64,000 bases of DNA, from the NCBI GenBank assembly GCA_043810925.1, contig JBDRNT010000069.1, positions 34,352 through 98,351 of the forward strand. The letters run 5' to 3'. Under the pieces are notes generated by a model that searched no databases, was not told the origin of the DNA, and worked only from the letters and a program-made list of their open reading frames with translations. Positions within the stretch are counted from its first letter, which is position 1. Every line of letters begins with the position of its first letter. Made by a program: the position numbers and the translations under genes. Of the stretch, positions 53,708-63,661 are shown piece by piece. Origin of the DNA: Candidatus Eiseniibacteriota bacterium. GTDB lineage: Bacteria > Arandabacterota > Arandabacteria > Arandabacterales > Arandabacteraceae.

Positions 53708-54390
53708 AATGATGTGGAAAGGTAGAACCTGTAACTGTCCTGCGCCCTCTTTTCAACCCTCAAACTGGGATATGAGGACCGCTCGCCACGGTCTGCGAGT
53801 CTGAAGGTAAGATAGATGTCTATCATGCTGACCACCCGGTTTAAGACGGCGAACCCCGTGGTCAATACGGCGTGTCTGTACGATCCGCGGCTCAGGGTAC
53901 GCGTTTTTGCGAACTCGTCCCGCTTCTCCGCACTCTCCCACTCCCACGCGGAGGTCCCGAAATAACCATTCGCGTCGAAATAGGCCAGCTGATCCTCTTT
54001 GTCATCCGGGTACAGATAACGTGCTTCACGCATTACGTCTATATTGTAATCCTCATTGGAGCCGTAGTAGGCCAGGGCGATTGCGTAGTCATCGGCGATA
54101 TCACCCCCGACGCCCGCAAACAGCCTTGCCATTTCCTTGTACTTGTCCTTCCTCATGCCACCCTGGATCCGGTAACCGGCAAACGCTGTCCAGACCCCTG
54201 CTTCGGCTACATACATCATCCGCGCTCTGCCATGGTTACCGAGATAGTGCTGGCCCGCACCGGGCAAAACGAGAGAATACAACAGAGCCTTACGGAGTGA
54301 CCTGTCCCCACCGCCATCATCACAGTAGCCGGCTGCCACACACCCCAGCAGGGTTACCGCAACCACACAGAACTTAAGTGTATATCTCAT
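53704..54390 (-). CDS. Secreted hypothetical protein, paralog A. Shares a conserved S.VLPG.GQ.Y.G motif with the next gene.
   Basis: Signal peptide. Motifs LLYSLVLPGAGQHYLG and RVVSMIDIYL. C-terminal ...YLSTSF. Confidence 0.5.
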   Translation of the reverse strand: MRYTLKFCVVAVTLLGCVAAGYCDDGGGDRSLRKALLYSLVLPGAGQHYLGNHGRARMMYVAEAGVWTAFAGYRIQGGMRKDKYKEMARLFAGVGGDIADDYAIALAYYGSNEDYNIDVMREARYLYPDDKEDQLAYFDANGYFGTSAWEWESAEKRDEFAKTRTLSRGSYRHAVLTTGFAVLNRVVSMIDIYLTFRLADRGERSSYPSLRVEKRAQDSYRFYLSTSF

Positions 54391-54393
54391 GTA

Positions 54394-55311
54394 TCAGAAC
54401 CTCATCTTCAGACCGACTTTGACATTCGGGTTGCTGCCCAGCCTGGCCTTGAAGGTCAGACGCGGGTTCGTGCCGACACCGGCAAGATCCCGGTTCCTGA
54501 ACTTGGCCATGATCGCCGCGTCGACCATGCTGACAACTCTGCCTATTACCATCACCCATGCATAGCGATCGGCCTTGCCATAGAAATCATCCGCTTCCGC
54601 CCGCATGCCCTGATACTGTGTCCTGTTAGAAGAAGTACTGGGAATTCCCGCGGGCAACGTACCGTAGGGATCCCAGTCCACCCAGAGCTCCTCGGGGAAC
54701 TGCACATCACCTGTACTCCAGTCATCCCACCCAAACACATATCTGTCCTCTGCACCTATCTGTTCGTAGAAGGCCCCACTGCCTTGATCTGACAGCGGGA
54801 ACACCACATGTATCTCCTCCCAGCATCTCAAACTGTCGTAGATCCCGGGATCGGTACAAAAGCCGAAGTCACCGTAGCCACTGTGGACTGCGATCGTGTC
54901 GCGCACGTACCCGGTGAAGCGCTGCGTGCTGTAGTGGTCTTCGGCCCAGGCTTCGTACTCGCCCTTCTTGTCGTCCCCCTTGCCTGTGTTGTTGAAATAT
55001 CTCCACATGGAAAAGAGATCAGCAGCAGCCATCACTCCTCCGCTCGCATAGCCCCTTCTCCCACCCACATAGGCCTGTCCAAGCCCCGGGAGAACCGCGG
55101 ACAGCAGCATGGCTTTTGCCACCGACTTGCGGTGCAGCACGACACTCCCGCCGACCTCTACAGGCGCATCCTGTCCACCTTCATCGGTGATATTGCCGAT
55201 ACTGGCCCTGGCCTTTACATCAAGGTCATCATCCATGCCGCAGACATTGGAGAGAGTTACAAACGTCAGCAGGACGAACCCCGCTACCAAGATGCTGAAC
55301 CGGTGCGCCAT
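54394..55311 (-). CDS. Secreted hypothetical protein, paralog B.
   Basis: Signal peptide. Motifs MLLSAVLPGLGQAYVG and RVVSMVDAAI. C-terminal ...GLKMRF. Confidence 0.5.
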   Translation of the reverse strand: MAHRFSILVAGFVLLTFVTLSNVCGMDDDLDVKARASIGNITDEGGQDAPVEVGGSVVLHRKSVAKAMLLSAVLPGLGQAYVGGRRGYASGGVMAAADLFSMWRYFNNTGKGDDKKGEYEAWAEDHYSTQRFTGYVRDTIAVHSGYGDFGFCTDPGIYDSLRCWEEIHVVFPLSDQGSGAFYEQIGAEDRYVFGWDDWSTGDVQFPEELWVDWDPYGTLPAGIPSTSSNRTQYQGMRAEADDFYGKADRYAWVMVIGRVVSMVDAAIMAKFRNRDLAGVGTNPRLTFKARLGSNPNVKVGLKMRF

Positions 55312-55321
55312 GCCCTACCTC

Positions 55322-58300
55322 CTACCTCTTTACGGCCAATTTGAAGAACTCACTGGTCCGGGCACCGTTGCCCTCAAGACTCAGCCTGCAGACATAAAGC
55401 CCGCTTCCCAGGTCGCTGATATCCACGTCCGGGACTGTCACCTTCGGTACCTGCGATTCGGCATTGTATCTTACGGTCTTGACTATAGTACCTGTTACAT
55501 CGAAGACCTCTATCGTCACCGCACCACCGGTGTCGGTCTCAAACCGGAAACTGACTTCATTCCCGCCGCCCTCGCTGCTGTACGCAACACCGGCCGGGTT
55601 GGGAAATGCGTGGAAACTGCCTTTGACAAGCAACCTGCTGCCCGGCTGCGGTGCATCGGGCATCTGATCGATTGGATAGACACAGTTCCTGCTTGAGTCG
55701 AAATACGCCGTCTTCCATGGGGCCGGATTCGTATCGGTCTGTCCCGGATGCAAAAATGCATAGACTGAACCGTCTCCCCCACCGGTCACGAGCTCAAGCC
55801 TGCCGTCCCCGTCGAGATCGCCCAACGCTGCCGCCGAGCATCCTCCCCCGAGTGTTACCGGAAAACCGCTCATCCTCTTACCGCCCGCTTCCCACGCGGT
55901 GATACACTCAAACAGCGTGCCCTGTATTACATCTATTGCCCCATCACCATCGAGATCGCTCGCAATCGGCGATGGAACCGATATCGTCGTGTCCGCCGGA
56001 TAGTAGTCCTCGTCCCACTCGGGCAGGGCGCAGCCATAGCGTGAATTAGGCCACCCGTCGGCAGGGCTACCGCTTCGAAGCACCACCCAGCTCTTGTGCT
56101 CGTCATCGTTCAGGATCATCTCCAGGTAGCCGTCCCCGTTGACGTCTGCGATAGCCGGAGGGGAGACCACACCCCTGCATACTCTCCTGCCCCACCCCGG
56201 TAACTCCCGTCCCTCACCATCCACGACCCACATCCATCCGTTGTCGCCCACGACTATGATCTCATATGCAGGCTCCCCGGCCCTGTCAAGATCTGCGGCC
56301 GCCAGATAGACATGTCCGGGATCCAGGTCACAGGAGAACGGGTAGGTGGCAATTACCCGGCGGGCTGAGTAGGAATACACTACGATCTCACCCGTTCTGT
56401 AGTATACAATCTCCGCGCCGATCGAGTCGGGAAGGAGATCACATACAACCGGCCGGCTGAATCCACCGTCATCACCTCCGTCCAGGCGAAGGTCTATCAC
56501 CAGGTTGCCGGGCAGACCGCCGAGGACATACAACGCAGAGTCTGTTGCGACGATTGCCTCATCGTGCCCGTCCCCACCAAGATCGTATGCAACCACCACA
56601 CCGTTCACGTGACCGTTGACCGTGTAAAACGCTCCACGCCAGTCGGCACCGAAGAAATAGGGCGAGCCACCGGCCGTGAAGGCATAGAGATGATCGGTCT
56701 CGTCACTGAACACCACCTCATCGACCCCGTCACCGTCAAGATCCGCTGCGACCAGTTCCGTGGGATGCGACCCATGAGGCCTTTTCGGCCAACCCGGCAA
56801 GCTCACCGGACTGCCGGCTTCGTCGAGCTCGTAGGCGTCTATTCGAGATCGCTCCCAGACCACCCCCGCAGTGTCCCAGTATGCCCGCTTAAGAGCAGAC
56901 CTTATCTCGGCCCTGCCGTTACCATCCAGGTCCGAAACGAGAAGTGAAGGCACACCAAAACGCATAGAGTCTCCCAAGGCGTACGGGAAGCCGGGTCTAC
57001 TCCAACTATACGAAACACGGAGATCCATGGAAAGACCGGAATCGCTTATCTGGTCGATGACCACATGTGAATGACAGCCGGTATTACTGCGTGTGTTGGG
57101 ATAGGTGTCATCGGCCATCCTGTCGTTATTACCGCGTCTGAAGGGGTCGTCGGGTCCGCCGAGAAAATAGAACGAATTGAAGTCACCCAGATCCGGGATA
57201 CCGTCCGCCTCTTTGAGCGTCAGACCGCGCCGCTCGGGAAACGCATTGATGAGATCAAATGGACCGAGCCAGTCGATCCAGGCAGCGTCCGCGTGCCAGA
57301 TCAGAAGTCCGCTCCCCGGAAGCACGAAGTCGTACTCGTAGTTCAGGTTATCGTTTCCGTCAGCCGGCCCGATTATCACGCCCGTTGAATCTTCGCTTGG
57401 ATCGGTGAGCACGTAGGCCGAGTCGTTTCCATCAAGGTCGGCCTGCCTGTTCTCTATGAGGTAGCACTCGTTTGAGTTTATCGGTACTGCAAGCACGTCC
57501 GTGTTGGGAAACTCACCCTGGAGCTCGGTGGCATCAAGAGTGAACGATCCCCCGCCGACAACCGTATCGGCAACGGCCCAGCCGAGCTCGATCTTGCTCC
57601 ATGCGGATATCGAAGCCGGCAGGATGCCGGATACATAGTATGCCTCCCCGGTTCGCTCATCCTCCACCACCACCCCTACACCCGAGCCGAAGTCCATCAG
57701 GTCCCAGTAGCCGACAACACTCATGCCCGAGTAGGTGTCATACAGATCGGGCAGCCCCAGCTGATGGCCCACCTCATGCGCGAGCACACCGTTGAGGCCG
57801 TTAAAGAAGTCATCCTGGCTGGTCGTCTCCGGGACGACGCTACCGTCGACGATGAAGTGGGTACCGCCTTCCACCTCGATGCTGTCGCCGATCGATATGA
57901 AGAATGAGGGAATGTCATAAGGCGTATCGCCGTATATGTCGTTCTGCCAGTCCGAGCCGGCATGGAAGATCACCACGGCATCGAACTCGCGGAAGTCAAG
58001 ATCAGGGTCCTGGTCGGCAACGGTGATCGCATCACGGAAGAAAAGATCGAGACCGTCAAGCGACCACGTGTAGACCCCGCCACTGGGATTATAGTCGCCG
58101 ATATCGGGAAGTACGTAGGCGGCGTCGTTTGCGAGTGGAAAGACCTCCGACTCGATCTTAAGACTTCCATAGGACATGGCGTCGTAGTAGTGGGCAAGTG
58201 CTTCCATGTGCTTGGAGAAGTACTTGCGGTCATGAGGTGACGGGTCGATCGGAATCTCTTCCCGTTTGTCTCTGAGATCGAATCTTCCGCCGGCACCGGT

Positions 58301-58600
58301 GATCCCCGAAGGGTCCGGGACGCGTGCGAACTCCACCCGGATCGCACAGATCCGAAGCACATCCTGTATCTCCTGGGCCGCCGTCATGGGGCCCTTCCTC
58401 TGCCTTGAGGTCAGGAGTTTCCTGGTTGACGGCATATCCTTAATCGGGGCGTTTATCCACCGCTTGAGCCGCTTGTCCATCAAACTCTGGAACTCGGCGT
58501 TCTCACCGGGCGGTCTGACCTTGACGACCCCGGCACACACCAGTTCCCCAGCTGCCACCACCCACACCAGAATCATTATCAATGTCAGAGTTGTCTTCAC
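55322..58600 (-). CDS. Secreted multi-domain protein: M6 (InhA-like) metalloprotease, FG-GAP/VCBS beta-propeller repeats and a T9SS C-terminal sorting domain.
   Basis: Signal peptide. HEXXH motif VLAHEVGHQLGLPDLYD. Multiple DLDGDG.DE/FG-GAP-like repeats. C-terminal AFPNPAG...VFDVTGTIV...GLYVCRL, a CTD-like tail. Confidence 0.7.
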   Translation of the reverse strand: MKTTLTLIMILVWVVAAGELVCAGVVKVRPPGENAEFQSLMDKRLKRWINAPIKDMPSTRKLLTSRQRKGPMTAAQEIQDVLRICAIRVEFARVPDPSGITGAGGRFDLRDKREEIPIDPSPHDRKYFSKHMEALAHYYDAMSYGSLKIESEVFPLANDAAYVLPDIGDYNPSGGVYTWSLDGLDLFFRDAITVADQDPDLDFREFDAVVIFHAGSDWQNDIYGDTPYDIPSFFISIGDSIEVEGGTHFIVDGSVVPETTSQDDFFNGLNGVLAHEVGHQLGLPDLYDTYSGMSVVGYWDLMDFGSGVGVVVEDERTGEAYYVSGILPASISAWSKIELGWAVADTVVGGGSFTLDATELQGEFPNTDVLAVPINSNECYLIENRQADLDGNDSAYVLTDPSEDSTGVIIGPADGNDNLNYEYDFVLPGSGLLIWHADAAWIDWLGPFDLINAFPERRGLTLKEADGIPDLGDFNSFYFLGGPDDPFRRGNNDRMADDTYPNTRSNTGCHSHVVIDQISDSGLSMDLRVSYSWSRPGFPYALGDSMRFGVPSLLVSDLDGNGRAEIRSALKRAYWDTAGVVWERSRIDAYELDEAGSPVSLPGWPKRPHGSHPTELVAADLDGDGVDEVVFSDETDHLYAFTAGGSPYFFGADWRGAFYTVNGHVNGVVVAYDLGGDGHDEAIVATDSALYVLGGLPGNLVIDLRLDGGDDGGFSRPVVCDLLPDSIGAEIVYYRTGEIVVYSYSARRVIATYPFSCDLDPGHVYLAAADLDRAGEPAYEIIVVGDNGWMWVVDGEGRELPGWGRRVCRGVVSPPAIADVNGDGYLEMILNDDEHKSWVVLRSGSPADGWPNSRYGCALPEWDEDYYPADTTISVPSPIASDLDGDGAIDVIQGTLFECITAWEAGGKRMSGFPVTLGGGCSAAALGDLDGDGRLELVTGGGDGSVYAFLHPGQTDTNPAPWKTAYFDSSRNCVYPIDQMPDAPQPGSRLLVKGSFHAFPNPAGVAYSSEGGGNEVSFRFETDTGGAVTIEVFDVTGTIVKTVRYNAESQVPKVTVPDVDISDLGSGLYVCRLSLEGNGARTSEFFKLAVKR

Positions 58601-58612
58601 AAAGAACGCTCC

Positions 58613-59626
58613 TTAGAGTCTGTAGTTTAAAGAGAACTTGTTCTCCCTTCCCAGCTCCTCGGCTTTGGGTACGCTCGCGTAATCGAAGTCCAGCCCGCCG
58701 CCGACGGGCACGCTGATCCCGAAACCGTAAGTGAAGCCTTCGATCTTGCCATCGTGGTCATAGATATAACCCAACCGGGGCGCCACGAAACCCGCTATCA
58801 TCAGTTCCGCCCCACCGTTTAAGGTGGCATCTCTTCTGATCGCGCTCGTCTTGAATCCATCGAAAATCTCATTCAGTCCGATCAGGGTCTTGGCAAACTC
58901 CGTCGATATCAACAGCGAATAGCCTTCACCATAGAACGGCTTGAAGGCTATACCGGTCCGCAGGGTCCTGGGCAGCGGCGCCGACTCGTCCTTGCTTACG
59001 AAACTCATGTCGGGACCGAGATTCTGAAGCGCAGCACCATAGGACAGCCGGTCATTGATTCTCCCGAGGAACCCGAAGTCCGCCGCGAAACTCCAGCCCG
59101 CACCCTCGACACCACCCGTCTCAACCGTCGCAGGGGCAAGGTACACGCGGGATATCTTGAGGCCCACGCCAAACGCATTCCTGCTGTTTAGCTTGAAGGC
59201 ATAGTATCCGCCGAATGCGAATTCATAGCTAGTGTGCTCCTGCACCGGGATGCCTTCCCTGGTCGTCTCCCACCACTTACCGTAAGTAAGGTAGATCGCA
59301 CTGAATCCGAGCGTTCCGATCTCAGGGATGGCGTGGGACACATTGATCGATTCGAAATAGACATCGTCCGCGAGCATAGGGATCAGCTGACTGTGCGTCA
59401 TCGACATACGGGTGCCGTCCAAGAACCCGAGCCCACCCGGGTTCCAGTACATAGCAGTCGCATCATCGGCAATCGCCACGAATGACTGTCCCAATCCCCA
59501 AGCACGTGCCGACGGTGAGATTATCAGTGATGGGGCAGCTGCCTCCCCAACCGCCAGCACTTCAGAAGAAGCAAGCAGAGCCAACATCGACACCAGAAAC
59601 AACACCCTACGCATCATTCTGTCCAA
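58613..59626 (-). CDS. PorV/PorQ-like outer-membrane protein (FadL-like beta-barrel associated with T9SS).
   Basis: Signal peptide, then ARAWGLGQSFVAIADDATAMYWNPGGLGF, the N-terminal motif I associate with PorV/PorQ/PorP-type T9SS barrels. Positioned immediately downstream of the PorU-like gene, as in porU-porV operons. Confidence 0.55.
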   Translation of the reverse strand: MDRMMRRVLFLVSMLALLASSEVLAVGEAAAPSLIISPSARAWGLGQSFVAIADDATAMYWNPGGLGFLDGTRMSMTHSQLIPMLADDVYFESINVSHAIPEIGTLGFSAIYLTYGKWWETTREGIPVQEHTSYEFAFGGYYAFKLNSRNAFGVGLKISRVYLAPATVETGGVEGAGWSFAADFGFLGRINDRLSYGAALQNLGPDMSFVSKDESAPLPRTLRTGIAFKPFYGEGYSLLISTEFAKTLIGLNEIFDGFKTSAIRRDATLNGGAELMIAGFVAPRLGYIYDHDGKIEGFTYGFGISVPVGGGLDFDYASVPKAEELGRENKFSLNYRL

Positions 59627-59632
59627 CCTCCA

Positions 59633-62600
59633 TCATCGTATCAGTACAAGCACTATTGTGTCCCGGGTGCTGAACCCGGGCTCAGACGGAGCAGTAGCCT
59701 CTACCACGGCCAGATAGGCTCCGTTTGCGACGGCATCACCCGCCATATCGGTGCCGTCCCATCTTAGCTGGAAGTGAGAATGCGGACCCGAAACGATACC
59801 TGCCCATATCTCCCTTCCCGACACCGTGTATATCTTCGCGCTGATTTCAACCTCAATGCTGTTATCGTTCTCGTATTCCCAGATGATATAGCAGTCCTCG
59901 TGTGCAGGATTGGGGTACGCATAGACCGTATTGGCCGCACCGCTCACCGGAGAGCCGACATAGATGCTGTAGTCATCCGTGGTCAGGTTGTTGAGATTGT
60001 CAAATGCGGAGACACTCAACTTGTGTTCACCCACTGCGAGCGGCGGAACGACGAACGCGGCCTCAGACACTGTGAAATCGCCATCCACAGCGTGAACACT
60101 CTCCGCAAGGTTCACCCTCTCGACATCGTCGTATGCTATCGACACAGAGGGAATGAATTCCGACTTACCCTTGATCGCCACACCACTTTCATCCGAGAGC
60201 CGGATGTCCACTCTTGCACCTACGGACAGGGTATCAACAGGCGCTACGGTCTCACCGTTATAGATAAGCTCTATCTCGGGACCTTCATCATCATCTGAGA
60301 AACCCTCTCCGCTCACCACCAGGCTGTCAAGCATGCCCGAAGCGGAGACAATCCCGTCCGTGGCAAAACACTTCACCGTAGCCGCACTACCCTGACGGGC
60401 ACTGGCGGACATGAAGAACCTCGAATCGAACACGCCGCTCTGAACGTCCGACCTGCCCCTGAACACCTCGAGACCGGGAAGAGCGTAATCGAAAAAGACC
60501 AGGGGATTGCAGCTCTGGTAACCGGTCGTATCCTCGGCCTCACGGACACAGATGTTCGCCTGGACACCGGACCACCCTACGATGCCGCCCTGGTCATGGA
60601 TGCTCGCCTGGAATTCATAAACGCTTTTTCTTGAGAGCGTTTCAGGCACCGTAGTCTCAAAAACGACATCAAGAAGCGGTGTAGCCAGCTCCAGCATAGG
60701 ATCGCCGAAGAGCGCATAGACTTCATTGTTCATCCAGTATGTCCTCCGGTCCGACGCGGACGCAATTGTCAGCCACTTCGCCAGGGCTACCGCATCTGCG
60801 ATCGGAACAGTGGGGTCCTTATCTCCGGTGGGAAATAACTGCTGGATAACGTTGAGATTCATTATCTGATTCGGCAGCGGAAAGGCCAGGTGTGTAGATG
60901 CAAGTGATCCGATGGTCCCGCCTCCGGGACGCCGGAGCAGGTTCTCTGCAACCGAAGATGACTGGGGCTCGTCGAATTTGCTGACATTACAGCTTGCCGC
61001 AATCAGGAAGGTCTCCCGGCGGCCCGTCTCGACGAGATCGACCGAGGCGGGGTTAAAGACCTCTTCCTGGGTCCACCTGAACTGGTCCCCGTGACCCACG
61101 AAATTGGTGATCAGGGCACCCCGGTTCAGATGTTTGACAAAATCGGCCCTTGCTTTGGGTTTAACCCCGCCGGTATCCATCGGGTATTCGGTCAGATATA
61201 TCTTTACATGGTCAAACACACGCGGGTAGGCCTCGTCACTCAACTCCTCGACGTTCCCGACATGCGGGCTATTCTGCTCACAGCCTTGGTTCACGTGGTC
61301 ATCGTCGGCTACGAGGATCACCCTGTTCTGCCACAGCCCACACTCGGGATTCGATGCGTAATTCAATTGCTTCGCAACCAGGAGCTCCGCCTCCTCCGGG
61401 GATGCGGCAGGAAGCCGTGAGATCCCGACCGTCGGGTAGTCGGCAATGCTGTCGTTGCGGACCGGCGCAAGGTAGGCAAACCAGTCATCGGTGTTGTACG
61501 GGTTTCCAAACGGCGGCAGATACCTGCGTTCATACGATGGAACATAATTCGGATAGGGGGCATTCTGTATGTAACTCTTGTAATCCCAGGTGGCATCGCC
61601 GAGAAGCAGTACCCATGACAGCGAACCGCTCTCATACCTCCACCTTAAGAAATCCCTTATCGCGGTCACGTCGGGAACACCCCAGCCGAATTCATCGAAG
61701 ATCTGCTCAGTGGTCACCACTTCACCATCATGGAAATCAGAGATCGTTGTCGCGGCATCAAGCAGGTCTTCATGCGTGACCACACAATAGGGTGCACCGG
61801 GTCCATTGCGGATGTCGGCGATCGCGGCCTGACTCATTGCGGCAGGCTTTCGGAGCGCACCTGGTGCGACGACCGCATAGCGCCGTGGCATCCCCTTGCT
61901 GATGGTATCACGCACCGTGAACGCGTATGAAGTAAAGCCCTCGCCGGTCGTGTCCTCGGCGCCCAAGAGCTCCCGTATATCGAACTGGTCGGTCACATCG
62001 AAGACATAGACCGAAGGTGAAGTGAACCCGCCTATAGCATATTCCACAGTGCAGGTGGAATCCGGAGCGGGAAAGAAAATCCGGTTTCCCACAGCAGTGA
62101 ACTTCCTCCAGTAGTAAAACTCCAGCCACGCCACATAGAGCTGGTCGCAAACACTCTCTTCTTCATAAGGCGGAAGCAGGTCGGAGGGAGCTTCCATTCT
62201 CAGCGATTGGGTTTGCGTGGCCGTTAGCCGCGTGGTCTCTGCCCTGACGTCTACGACTCTGAGGTTCGACGATGAGGCCCGCCAGGTCGTATCCGCTATC
62301 GCCGGTCGACCGTTGAGCTCAAGGATCAGCCTGTAGAAAGCGTTTGCACACCCGCTGCCTGCCTCAAATGAGAACCAGTCGGCGATACGAGCTTTGACGA
62401 CCGCCTTCCTGTCGGTATCCGGGAACGGCGTATCCAGGGTGAAGAAGGTAGGACTGTCGATCCTGAGATGCCGCCAGTACCAGCCGTCATCCGCACGGAC
62501 ACCGAAGTTGACGAATACGTCCTTTTCCATGTGAACGCGTTCGTAAAACGACTCCGGCACGTAGGCAGAGCAGCCGTCGCATCCGGGCATCATGACAGTC

Positions 62601-63661
62601 TCCATCCGGCCCGGCTCTTCACTGAAGGTCCCGCCCCAGGTCAGCCAGTAGCAGTTGGAGGTCGAGAAGAAACTCTTGTAGTAAACGTCATTCGCCCTGT
62701 CCTTGTCGTAGAGGTCGGCCCAGTCACGCATACCCAGACCGTAGAAGAGAATGCTGTCGGCGCTACCGAAACTGCCGTCGCCACCATCAACGATTTTAAC
62801 GGGAACGGATCTCATCCAGACCGGATTCCTGTCGGCGAGGCTCTCACTAAGCGGAAGCCCACCTCCGTTGTAGAGCCGGATCGTACCCGGATCGATGCCA
62901 CCGATCGCGGCGCCGATGCCGGCAAGGTCCCGGCCCGTTACACAGTAGACGCCGGTCGACTCAACCCGGATCTTTATCCACATCGAGTTCGGCGCATCGG
63001 TGAAGTAATCCCCCTCTTGGAGCCTCCGCACAGGTCTCCGCCGCCACATCCTGCCCTGTTCGTAGTTGAGGATGCCCGTGCGGTATGCGGCTTCGCTTCT
63101 GTCGTCGAGGGATGTGACCGCCGGCGGCGCGGACCTCTGCGGTGCTCGCTCGTCACCGAAGTCGATGGTGACCTTAAGACGAGTGTAGACCCTTACCACA
63201 CCCGCCTGTCTGTCATAGACAAGCGGAGCAATGCGAAGCGCTATTACACGCTGGTCCCTGAAGTAACCGTCCGCCATGATCTCGGCCACCCGATCAGGTA
63301 TATCCGCCATCTCGTCCCCCGGCCCATCCGCCAAGTGTGAGATAGCATAATGCTCTATAGTATAAGACGTTACATCGCTTACATGATACGTTACATTAGC
63401 GTCGACGGGAACTGCTACAAGGTAAGCCTTTGCCGGTGCGGAGAAGCCCGCGCTCTCGTCACACACGGAAACAAAGCCGGGGACCCTGACACCGGACCAC
63501 TGTCCCTCATCACCAACGACTTCTTCGATACGGCTGATTTCAAACAGGAGCTCAAGGTGCGAGTCACCGGTACTCACTATGGCCGGCGAGCTCAAGAGCT
63601 GACCCGGCGGGCTCGCCACCAGGAGCAGCCACCCGACCCAGAATGCGAGTTTAGTTTTCAA
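59633..63661 (-). CDS. PorU-like C25-family (gingipain-type) cysteine peptidase with a T9SS CTD; candidate T9SS sortase.
   Basis: 1,342 aa with a signal peptide. C25 core with GHG...(His) and ...AASCNVSKFD (Cys) catalytic-dyad regions. C-terminal VYAYPNPA...IYTVSGREI...GAYLAVVE, a CTD-like tail. Followed by the PorV-like gene. Confidence 0.6.
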   Translation of the reverse strand: MKTKLAFWVGWLLLVASPPGQLLSSPAIVSTGDSHLELLFEISRIEEVVGDEGQWSGVRVPGFVSVCDESAGFSAPAKAYLVAVPVDANVTYHVSDVTSYTIEHYAISHLADGPGDEMADIPDRVAEIMADGYFRDQRVIALRIAPLVYDRQAGVVRVYTRLKVTIDFGDERAPQRSAPPAVTSLDDRSEAAYRTGILNYEQGRMWRRRPVRRLQEGDYFTDAPNSMWIKIRVESTGVYCVTGRDLAGIGAAIGGIDPGTIRLYNGGGLPLSESLADRNPVWMRSVPVKIVDGGDGSFGSADSILFYGLGMRDWADLYDKDRANDVYYKSFFSTSNCYWLTWGGTFSEEPGRMETVMMPGCDGCSAYVPESFYERVHMEKDVFVNFGVRADDGWYWRHLRIDSPTFFTLDTPFPDTDRKAVVKARIADWFSFEAGSGCANAFYRLILELNGRPAIADTTWRASSSNLRVVDVRAETTRLTATQTQSLRMEAPSDLLPPYEEESVCDQLYVAWLEFYYWRKFTAVGNRIFFPAPDSTCTVEYAIGGFTSPSVYVFDVTDQFDIRELLGAEDTTGEGFTSYAFTVRDTISKGMPRRYAVVAPGALRKPAAMSQAAIADIRNGPGAPYCVVTHEDLLDAATTISDFHDGEVVTTEQIFDEFGWGVPDVTAIRDFLRWRYESGSLSWVLLLGDATWDYKSYIQNAPYPNYVPSYERRYLPPFGNPYNTDDWFAYLAPVRNDSIADYPTVGISRLPAASPEEAELLVAKQLNYASNPECGLWQNRVILVADDDHVNQGCEQNSPHVGNVEELSDEAYPRVFDHVKIYLTEYPMDTGGVKPKARADFVKHLNRGALITNFVGHGDQFRWTQEEVFNPASVDLVETGRRETFLIAASCNVSKFDEPQSSSVAENLLRRPGGGTIGSLASTHLAFPLPNQIMNLNVIQQLFPTGDKDPTVPIADAVALAKWLTIASASDRRTYWMNNEVYALFGDPMLELATPLLDVVFETTVPETLSRKSVYEFQASIHDQGGIVGWSGVQANICVREAEDTTGYQSCNPLVFFDYALPGLEVFRGRSDVQSGVFDSRFFMSASARQGSAATVKCFATDGIVSASGMLDSLVVSGEGFSDDDEGPEIELIYNGETVAPVDTLSVGARVDIRLSDESGVAIKGKSEFIPSVSIAYDDVERVNLAESVHAVDGDFTVSEAAFVVPPLAVGEHKLSVSAFDNLNNLTTDDYSIYVGSPVSGAANTVYAYPNPAHEDCYIIWEYENDNSIEVEISAKIYTVSGREIWAGIVSGPHSHFQLRWDGTDMAGDAVANGAYLAVVEATAPSEPGFSTRDTIVLVLIR

